From NCBI GenBank assembly GCA_964016885.1, contig OZ024747.1, positions 52,390,001 to 52,454,000 of the forward strand: a DNA stretch of 64,000 nucleotides, written 5' to 3'. Made by a program: the position numbers and the translations under genes. Under the pieces are notes generated by a model, which saw nothing but the letters and a program-made list of their open reading frames with translations, had not been told where the DNA came from and made no database searches. Source of the DNA: Eledone cirrhosa. Lineage: Eukaryota. Of this stretch, positions 25,173-34,826 are shown piece after piece (position 1 is the stretch's first letter; every line of letters begins with the position of its first letter).

Positions 25173-27517
25173 ACAGTTCCAGGCAGTTTAGTATTGAAAA
25201 GGTTAAAGCTGTCAGAAACTAAAATCTGACAAGGGTTATAATATGCCATTACAGAAGCTGGTGGTGGTGTAGACTGCTATGGACCATAGCAGATTTCCAA
25301 ACAAAGTAAATTAATGTTATAAAAATATTTTTATTTTTTTATTTTTAATAATGAATCATAAATAATGGATGAAGAGAAGATTTGATATTTCAGTTTTAGT
25401 TATGGCACTATAAATAGAATGTCTTCTTTCTTCCTGTTTTTCTGCCATTGTTGGTGGGATAGTTGCTAGTTATTGTACAAATTAATTTTAATTTTTAAAT
25501 TTGTCAAAGGCTACACAAACTTCTCAGAATTTTGTTTGATTGACACATCATCATCATCATTGTATGTCTACTTTCCATATTGACATAGTTTGAACAGACT
25601 GTCATAGCCTGTTTCATATTCATATATGTGGAGTTCATTTTTATATGGGTAGTCACCTCCATCTTGACCGAAGTGAGTCAGAAAGTGGCTCGGAGGCCCT
25701 AGGATACTAGATGTTTCCACCATTATAGGCTCAACAAGAAACTTAACAGAGAATATACAATGCTTTGTTAGTTTGTGGACTTCAGCTTGTCTGGTGATGA
25801 AACCTGGGTCTGATGCCAACTTCACCAGGTCTTACCACAATGATGAGATCAGTATGGAGCCATAATCGTTGATGAAGCTGTTGTAGCAGCATTCTAGTAA
25901 CATACAATGTTTCTTAGACATTTAAAACCTGGTGGAGCTCACATTCTCTCCAAGTGTACAACCAATTTCTTTCAGAGAAAGAGTCAAAGAAATGGAGTGA
26001 GGAAGCGATATAGATGAAGTATCGACACCAGTATTGAACTGGTATTTATTTATTGACCTCGAAAGGACGAATGTTGTCAATGACATTAGAGCAATGGAAT
26101 ATATAGCTTAGTATTTGTCATACTTCTCTATAGACTGAGTTAAAAAACTGCCAAAGTCAGATTACCTATCATCATTTCAGGGTCAATGACTATGATAAAG
26201 CAGCAGTCTTGGGAGGTAGACTAGTGGAATTACTACTGTTGGATGGAATATGATGCCTTGCAATATTTGTTCTGGTTCTTTGCGTTCTGAGTTCAAATCT
26301 CATTTTGACCTAGTAATCACGAACATGGAAGGGGCTGGGGGTTCCAACATATACACAGACAGACACACACAAACACACCTATAGTCAACCATGGCACTCA
26401 GCCTGCTGAGAGCAGGGAATGCATGATAATGATAACCATACCATAATCATCATCATCACTAACATTTTAAGTAAGAATAATTTAAGATTCATACAGAAAA
26501 TAGTGTGATATCAAACTTTCAAAAACATATTGATATTACTGTCTTGGGGCTGAACTGGATGGAAGGGGCTGGTGAGCAATAAATTAAATTAAAATGAATG
26601 AAAGAAAAATACAAGGTACAACTATGCCCCTCCCCCATGAAGCTGGGAACTTGAAAAAGACACACAAGAAGAAAAGAAAAACAGTTTAACCCAGTCATTA
26701 CTATATTTCTAATGAAAAAACATTGCCTATAATTTTCAAACCCGTTTGAAAATAATGAGATATTTATAAAGAGATAGTAACATAAATTAAGTTGGTTCTC
26801 AAAGCTTAACACAAAATTACAATGAAAAATTTTTAAATTAAATATAAACACTTTAAAATAAACAGTTTTGCAGTTCCAACAGAACCTGGGGGCAGTTTTT
26901 AGTAGGTTTGGTAGTGAAAGGGTTAATAAATGAAATTAAAATGCAAGAAAGAACAATAGAAGGTACAACCATGTCCCTCCCCCGTTTGACTGGGAACTTA
27001 AAAAGCCACACTTACAAAATGGAAAAAAACCAGCTTAAAGAAATGAAATCTTCTTTTCAGTTGAATGTGAAAAAGAAATGAAAATAGATTATTACAGCAT
27101 CCCTCTACTAAAAAGGTGACCTTTAGAAATCTAAGATAGATAGAAAGAGGTGGGGAAGAGAGAACTGTACTGTTTCAGAACTATGTAGTAGACAAATGAA
27201 GAAATTATTTACTACCACTAGAAGAAAAGAAGTTAGAAAATATTCTTGGGTTTTCATTACTTGCTAGTGCAAAAATAAAAAAAAAAGTATCAAATTTCAC
27301 ATACCACCCAACACCATGGGTAAAAGTAGAACAAAATACAAAGAACAGTTAAAAGAAACAAATTGCAAGCTTCAAAGCCTTATCTATTTTTTTTATATAA
27401 GATTGGCTAGTTACAAATAATAATGATGATAATAATGACTAACAGAGGTACAAGGTGAAATCCTCATTTAGAAAAAAAACAGGCCAGCAATTTGGGATGG
27501 AAGATAAAGTAACTTAA

Positions 27518-27772
27518 CCCTTTAGTTACCAACCCGACCAAGACCGGCTCTAGTTCTATGAAATGAAACCATTCATTTTAACCCTTTAGTTACCAGCCCA
27601 GCCAAAACCAGCTCTGGTTCTATGAAATAAAACCACCCATTTTAAAATCATCCAACATAATTTTATATAAGAACCTTACATTAAGTTACTATGTTAGTAA
27701 TGAAATAATTAATAATTTTAGTAAATCCCTCAAAATTCTTCATTAATTAATTAAAATGCACTCATGAAAGGG
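27518..27772. mobile_element. piggyBac-like MITE family B with a duplicated terminal ~64 bp, nested in a SINE A remnant
   Basis: TTAA|CCCTTT...AAAGGG|TTAA; ttaaccctttagttacca occurs twice; the flanks join into aggccagcaattt...ttaa atagactccagta...ggtact. Confidence 0.75.
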
Positions 27773-27898
27773 TTAAATAGACTCCAGTATTTCACAGGTA
27801 CTCTACTTTATTGAACACGGACAGATGTAAACTTCATCTTTTTATTTCATAAAACCAATAAAGGCTTCTTCTATTTGACAGAAGGGGAAAAATACTGA

Positions 27899-27930
<32 letters not shown>

Positions 27931-27941
27931 ATAATAATAAT

Positions 27942-27980
<39 letters not shown>

Positions 27981-27982
<2 letters not shown>

Positions 27983-29922
27983 TTTTCTTTATTAACCACA
28001 AGGGTTTACATAAAGTAGACATTAAGGACAGTACAGGACGGTACAAATGGGCATTTCTGCGTGTAAAAAAAACAGAGGTTGAAATAAAATAACAAAGAAA
28101 AATTCCCCAATAGGGGGGAGACTTCCGAGGGACATTTGTGGAGAAAGCCCATTAAAAGACCACAGTGGCCCTGACCACCAGGGCAAGTGCCCTCTCCCAG
28201 TTTTCCACCTTTAATTTACAGACACATACTCAGAGAAGGCCCATTCATTCGGGCCATACTTGCTTCTCTCACCCATCTTTCAACAAAATGCTGGGAAGAG
28301 AGCACTTCCCTCTCTACCCTGATTTTCCTTTTCAAATGAAATTTGAAAAAGTTAATCAGGGCATCACCGAAGAGGTAAGTGCTCGTCTTCAGCCCTTTCA
28401 AACGTGTCCACCATACTATCTCTTTCGCCATGGCCACCAGACAGATAAAAACTGCCTGCCCTTCCCGGCTAAAGGAAGGGGGCGGGGCAATCCTCACGAT
28501 GGACTCAGCTGATAACCAGATCCGTCCTACACGCGACAGCAGGTTTTCGACATAAACCCACAAGTCAGCAATGCTCGGACACTGGACGAGTGCGTGCAGG
28601 ACGGTTTCGTCGCCCTGCGCGCATCTCGGACATGCCCGGCTGACGGCACCTCCATGCCTGTAGAGTTTATCCCGAACTGGCAAAGCTCCTCGGTAGCACT
28701 GCCAGGCCAGGGATTTCTGGAAGTTGTCCATAGGCCCCGGCCCGAAAGTCCTTCCGAAGAGATTGGCTAGTTGATTTTCGTCGACGCCTAGAGTTTCTCC
28801 AAGTATGTCGTCGCTCTTCCCCTCCACTAATCCCCTATAGAACGCCAAGGTGGAGTTTCCACCGATCACATTGCCCGATTGGTCGAGGGCTGTGAGCGCC
28901 TGAAGACATTTCAGTCTCCAAGCGCTCCCTCTCGGTCTTCGCTTAACCCAGGACTGCAGCTCCGTCAAGGAGACGAGCTGGGGAAAAACGTGTCTCGCAA
29001 ACGGCGACCACACCTGATCACCGTCGAGGAAGAGGTGGAGATGTCGTAGCCTGAGCGCGTGTCTGCGCATCATCAGCCACGGCATGCCCAGCCCTCCACG
29101 TAGCGGGTGTTGACAGCAGATGGACCGCCTGACCATCGGAGCGCGTCCCTTCCACAAGAAGCGAAAGAGCAAACGCTCCAGCGCAGTCAGGCGGGGCTTA
29201 GGACAAGGTACGACGGTCAGGCGGTAGTAGATGACGGATGCGATGTACGCATTCGCCACCTCCGCTCGACATTTCAGGGATAGCTTCCTCTCGGCCCATT
29301 TCTGGGTGAGGGAAGCCACCCTGCTCGTCACCTCGTCCCAGTTTTTGTCCGTCTGGAGGTCTGGACCGAACCACACCCCTAGCAATTTAACCGGTCCGTC
29401 CGTCCAGCGCCCGACGACACTGTTGGACGGCATGGACCTGCCTCTCCAGGTGCCGAGCTGCAGGCCCACTGACTTTTCCTGGTTGATCATTGCTCCTGTC
29501 ACCGCTTCGTATTCTCTTAGTGTAGTGCCGATCGCCTCGATGTGTTTGGCGTTCGACACCACTACGGTGACATCGTCGGCATATGCTGACACGGATCTTC
29601 CGCATCCTAGTTCGCGCGGGACCCCCCTCAACGTCTCCAGTTTGTGCAGTAATGGCTCGAGAGTCAATACGTACAATAGGGACGAGAGGGGACATCCTTG
29701 GCGGACCGAGCGCATGATGTTGAACGGTTCCGAAAGGTGACCGTTCATTCTCACTACAGAGCAGATGTCGCTGTGCATGGCAGCGATCCAGCCTCTGAAG
29801 ACGGGCCCAAAGCCAGCCGCCCTCAGGACTGCCGCTAGGTAACGATGGTCGACCCTATCGAAGGCTTTCGACTGATCTAAATTGATCAAAGACCCACCCG
29901 TGCCAGGTTCCCTAGCTACCCT
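27981..29922 (-). mobile_element. 5'-truncated L1/Tx1-clade non-LTR retrotransposon
   Basis: Sharp GC-rich island holding the ORF2 remnant and an ~235-bp 3'UTR ending AATAAAGAAAACA, with (AAT)n on both flanks. Confidence 0.93.
28216..29922 (-). CDS. ORF2 C-terminal part: reverse transcriptase plus CCHC zinc knuckle (no endonuclease, no native start codon)
   Basis: Motifs LDQSKAFDRVDH, VRQGCPLS, AYADD, KLLGVWF, GGLG and CPRC-x8-H-x4-C. The frame stays open upstream of the listed 29889 start (RVAREPGTGGSL) up to the truncation point. Confidence 0.9.
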   Translation of the reverse strand, partial: RVAREPGTGGSLINLDQSKAFDRVDHRYLAAVLRAAGFGPVFRGWIAAMHSDICSVVRMNGHLSEPFNIMRSVRQGCPLSSLLYVLTLEPLLHKLETLRGVPRELGCGRSVSAYADDVTVVVSNAKHIEAIGTTLREYEAVTGAMINQEKSVGLQLGTWRGRSMPSNSVVGRWTDGPVKLLGVWFGPDLQTDKNWDEVTSRVASLTQKWAERKLSLKCRAEVANAYIASVIYYRLTVVPCPKPRLTALERLLFRFLWKGRAPMVRRSICCQHPLRGGLGMPWLMMRRHALRLRHLHLFLDGDQVWSPFARHVFPQLVSLTELQSWVKRRPRGSAWRLKCLQALTALDQSGNVIGGNSTLAFYRGLVEGKSDDILGETLGVDENQLANLFGRTFGPGPMDNFQKSLAWQCYRGALPVRDKLYRHGGAVSRACPRCAQGDETVLHALVQCPSIADLWVYVENLLSRVGRIWLSAESIVRIAPPPSFSREGQAVFICLVAMAKEIVWWTRLKGLKTSTYLFGDALINFFKFHLKRKIRVEREVLSSQHFVERWVREASMARMNGPSLSMCL

Positions 29923-30017
29923 ATAATAATAATAACATTGTTTCTAAGGCCAAGAAACTGAGGGAAGGAATTAGTGGATTAAACAAACCCTAGTACTTGA
30001 CTGATACTTCATAACAA

Positions 30018-30210
30018 TAATTGTTTCTACTTTTGGCACGAGGCCAGCAATTATCCCAGTGCATTACTGGTACTTTATTTTATCGACCCCGTAAGGATGA
30101 AAGGCAAAGTTAACCTTGGTGGGATATGAACTCAGACCATAAAGGGCTGTAACTCTTTGCTGCAAAGCATGGCGTCCGACCCTCTACCGATACTGCCAAT
30201 CCACCGCCCC
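30018..30210 (-). mobile_element. SINE family A, full length, with apparent target-site duplication
   Basis: Standard family-A motifs; cttcataacaataat occurs on both sides (about 30007 and 30210). Confidence 0.9.
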
Positions 30211-32349
30211 TTCATAACAATAATGAAATGAAAATAGTGATACTGTGATAAAAAAACTTGCCCGGAAGGTGATGAAGGGACAAAGTACAAGGATGTTGAA
30301 ATTAAAATAAACAGGATGTGGAGCATGAAAGTGAACACAGTACCAATAATGGAACACAAACTATGACTAAGAACATGAACAAAGCACATAGAAACCATAC
30401 CCGGCTCGCAATATTACATAATGTCCAAAAGAGCTCTGCCATGCACAGCCAACATCCTATACAATACACTCTCTATTTAATAGCACGTCTTAAAACAGTA
30501 TACTATCTGTACATAACATACACCCAATGTAACTACCATCCAATATAATAACAACTCATACAACACACACAAGACTATTTCTACTGGTCTGTCATAACAT
30601 TTTGATGTGTTGTGGAGAATTCTCTACATGTTAATATTTTGGTAGTAGTTGTGCTCTATGTCAGTAGCCCACTTGTCCAACTAACCTACTTATTGATGTG
30701 CTCTATTTCTCCCTTCCAACGAAGCTACTACCTAGGGCTACTTCCATACAGTAATAATGCTAATAATCTTTACAGCACAGGTGAAGGGCCATGGGAAAAA
30801 TCTTGTGAGCTGTAGGAGTTGCAAACGGAAAAAATTATTAACAAGTTTTGCTCCACACTATCACTACCATTCACCAAAACACATTAAAACAATCACCCAG
30901 CATATACTCTACACTAGATACAGGCAACCTTTTTCAAGCAGTGGATTGCATGAAATATAGCTCAATCATAAGGAAGACCACACTACTAAAAAAAATTCAA
31001 GGTAATTTTTGATTAGGAGTGCCATCCCAAAAGCTAATCAGGTCTGTTTACCCATGACTGCTACACAAAATCATTACCAAATAACACACCTCCCAATACA
31101 TACTCTTATATCATCAATGCCCAACATTATAACACTGACATCTCACACACTACATAATTACTATTCAATAATATAATGGCTATCTCCACAGCACATAACA
31201 TTACTCCATCACTGTCTCCACACACTAAAACACACAGCACATCACACAGTATATAGAAATTACAACCTACAACTGATAATACACAGTTTCCATGACAGAC
31301 ACTAAACACTAAAATAACACCACAAACAAACCAAGCATCATAGTACAGTAAAATAGATGTACTATACAAATACAACTCTACATTCCCAAAAGACAATGAT
31401 GTACACACCTGAGAAACACGTAGGAGCACCCGGCAGTACAGTAGACACATAAAACTGTTGAATTGATGATGATGATAAAAATGCTGGCGACAATAATAAC
31501 AATAGGCTAAACATCATATAAGATCAGATGAAGACTGTAGCAAAACATAAAAAATAAAAAATAAAAGTTTTGTCTAAGTTCATATAGCCCAGAAAAATAT
31601 TTGCCTGAGGCAGCTTAATCTGTTATATTTAATTTGATAATTAAGATTAGGTGATGATCAATAAAATGTTTCTTATTGATTAATAACAGAAAATTAATTA
31701 ATTTTAGACAAAAATCACTAGTGACATTTCATGACTATAAAATAAAAATCTCTAAGATACATATATATATAATCTATCTCTCTGTATATATAACCTATAT
31801 ACTTTCATGACTAAAATATAAAAATTAGTGAATATATACATACGTACACACACACACACACACCAATACATTTCCAGGCAAATTTGTTCTCTAATTGATC
31901 AATTTTTTGGGAGTGAGGGTGGGGGCTGTTCAAAAACTCTTTGCAAATAATTAGATATGGGTGGGGGAATAATTTAAACCCTAAAACAATGTTCCTTAAA
32001 CTGAGAGCCTACAAAGGTAGTACTTCGTGAAAAACACACACTATTGGGTATCCATTCTACTCTAATTCCTGCTGGCCCCTGTAGGTCTGCAAAAGTATTA
32101 GTGAGGGTTTGTGAGTTAAGTTCAAAATTTCACATACTCTGTTAAAATCACTATATACAGCACTATTAGGTATCTATTCTTCCTTGAGTATACACCTTTC
32201 CCACTTATGATATACTGTTTATTCACTTAATATAATTTGGCAGTTTGACAGAAAGAGACTGATGAAATAAGTACCAGTTTTGAAAACATTATGTACTGGG
32301 TTTGCTATGATCCACTAAATCCCTTCAAAATGATGTCCCAGCATGAAGT

Positions 32350-32550
32350 AGAAGTTTACAGGTGACACCTACGCAGATTTAGATGGCTTCACAAGGTTCC
32401 ATTTCACAGAAGCTTTCTCGGGTGTTTTAATGATAGAGGCCCCAGTCCTATCATGAAAAAGCAATGAGAAATGAAGCCTCTTGCTTAAGAACACAATGTG
32501 CTGCCTGGTCCAGGAATCAAACTCCAAACTTATGATTTGTGAATCCAAAA
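32350..32550 (-). mobile_element. SINE family C remnant
   Basis: gtttacaggtgacacctacgcagattt...cttgcttaagaacacaa...gtccaggaatcaaac. Confidence 0.6.
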
Positions 32551-32628
32551 ACTAATAATGAACAGGTACCAGTATTAGGACCAAATACCATCAGTCAATT
32601 TGAACAACTTATGATGAGCAGGTACCAG

Positions 32629-33028
32629 GTCTTGACTGTGTTAATTGGATGACAAGGTCACTTCAGAAGCTCTCTACATTCCAGAACCATATCATGAGAC
32701 TTATGACTGGCAAGCGACTCAGCAACTGTATCTGTATCAGTGAGCTGCTCAACATTACCAAACTTAGACCAATTACATCAATTGTCAAGTCAAGAGTACT
32801 CAAACTATACGGTCATATAAAAAGATCAACTCGTGGTGTGAGTATGCCTGGAAGGAAGGTTGGCTGGTAAGAAAAGAAGAGGGTGGCAGCCAAAACAATG
32901 GCTTGATAATGTCAACTTATGGACTGGACTTGATCTTTGAGCTCTGCTGCTGGTGATCGAACTTTGTGGAGAAAAATATCTTGTTAATGTGCAATCTGCA
33001 ACTGGCAGAGTTTAGCGTCACAAGAAGA
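32629..33028 (+). pseudogene. 3' fragment of an RTE-clade LINE (frameshifted)
   Basis: Translation LQKLSTFQNHIMRLM...IVKSRVLKLYGHIKRS, then after a frameshift LEGRLAGKKRRGWQPKQWLDNV, matching the RTE C-terminal RL.W.GH..R / G.R.RGRP..W.D pattern. Ends in aagaaga, with accag on both flanks. Confidence 0.75.
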
Positions 33029-33139
33029 ACCAGTACAATGACCTGATACCATCAGTCAATGTGAGATTCCTACAGATCATTAAGTCCAAAATAGTAGGAA
33101 GGAAACTAATTCATATTTTAACATACAAAACAGGCTTAC

Positions 33140-33175
33140 TTCAAATTTTCTTCTCGACCTCAAGATTGTTTTTAG
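33140..33175 (-). other. Candidate 36-nt spliceosomal exon
   Basis: Minus strand: ctttatccaattatAG|CTAAAAACAATCTTGAGGTCGAGAAGAAAATTTGAA|GTAAGC. Confidence 0.45.
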
Positions 33176-33298
33176 CTATAATTGGATAAAGTAGTGGATT
33201 GACAAAGTTGTTCGAACATTGGATGAATACAATGTGAGAAACAATTATAATTTTAGAAAAATAATAATGATATACAAATTTAGAATCAGCAAACTTAC

Positions 33299-33336
33299 TA
33301 TCTGAGTAGGGTATATTTACCTCAGGCTGGGAACCC
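33299..33336 (-). other. Candidate 38-nt (or 16-nt) spliceosomal exon
   Basis: Minus strand: tctttctttttgtatttcctttAG|GGGTTCCCAGCCTGAG(GTAAAT)ATACCCTACTCAGATA|GTAAGT. Confidence 0.5.
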
Positions 33337-34039
33337 CTAAAGGAAATACAAAAAGAAAGATAAGAATTGTGATAATACAAATTTCATTATTGATAATTAT
33401 TTTAAATAAATCATTAATTTTACTTTGTATTTTCGTTTAAGAGATAAGAGAAAATTTATATATATATATATATATTTGTAATTCTTTATTCTGTCCACCA
33501 AGACCATAGACCAATCCTAAGACTTCAATTACACATAATATCAGGTCTTATACAAGAGGTGGGTGAAGAATATGACAATGACACATTTATATATTACTTT
33601 AAGAACAGATTTATTAACCCTTCTACGATTGTATATCTAACAAAATATACTGTATTTTAATTAATTAATAATGTATTTAGAGGAAATTACTAACTAAAAT
33701 TATTATTTCATTAAGATAGTATTTGATGACATAACATAATAGAAGGTTCTTACATAAAATTATGTTAAAAGATAATTTAAATCAACTTTTATAATTGATG
33801 GTTGTGTTTCATGGAAACAGTAGGTTTAAGTGACACAGTACTGAAATTATTAATGGTTTCATTAAGATGAATGGTCTTTATATATATGTTGAAAGATTTT
33901 CATTTAAATAGGAACTTTTAAAATGAATGGCTTTGACTCATAGAAAAGGAGTAGATTTTGAGTGACTGGATACACCAGGCCAATTATTATATTGATGTAA
34001 TCAAATTTACTGAAACCCCTGTCCCATTCTTAATAACAA

Positions 34040-34248
34040 TAGCTTTTAATTTAGGCACAAGGCCAACAATTTGAGGAGGAAAGCACAATCAATAAAACTA
34101 ATCCCAGTTCTGAACTAGTACTTTATTTCATTAATGAAGAAAGATGAAAAGTAAAGTTAACCTGAACTGGATTTGAAAGCAAAATGTTAAGAGCGTGAAC
34201 AGATACTGCAAAGCCTTCTGTCGCTCTAACAATTCTGCCAATTTACCA
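34040..34248 (-). mobile_element. SINE family A, old diverged copy
   Basis: aggcacaaggccaacaatttg...gatgaaaagtaaagttaacc...ggatttgaa...ctgccaatt. Confidence 0.7.
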
Positions 34249-34826
34249 ATAATAATAAAAAGAAAAGGTTAGTCAATCTAGCACCAAAATTTGAAGAGTA
34301 AAGTAAAAAATATTTATTGTACCCTCTACTGACTTAGCCAGGAATCTCACTTCTCCTTCCCTCTATCTCTGTCTGCCTGTTTTACTAATATAAAAAAAAT
34401 TCACATAAAGATATGTGGGCTAAAAAATCTGATACACAGACAGAGGTAAGGGGATAGGAAAATAGGTAATCTGAGAGAGATGGGGTGAGGTAGGGGCTGG
34501 AGAGACCCTCATGAAAAATTATCACAGATATTAATTATAGAGTGAAGAAGGATTTGTATATATCGCCCATCCTTGCCAGACACTACCATCACCAGGGAGT
34601 CGGGAGTCGAGAATCAAGGTTTGCAGCCAGCAAACCTACATATAATGTCAGATATATATATATGTGTATGTGTGAGTATGTATGAACATATATGTGTGTG
34701 TACGCAGTATGGAAAAGCTGGGGTGTGATGATGATATATATTTAATATATATAACATAATAAACTAAAGTATAGTAAGTAAAAAAAATTTAAGATTGGCA
34801 TGGAAAGATGTTTCTGTTTCTGAAAG

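Noticed and set aside
25790-25815. GDETWV peptide resembling a mariner transposase motif
   Set aside because: It is followed immediately by a stop, and I see no other mariner motifs or TIRs.
29231-29740. 169-aa plus-strand and 102-aa alternative-frame ORFs inside the LINE
   Set aside because: They overlap the RT domain in GC-rich DNA and have no independent motifs.
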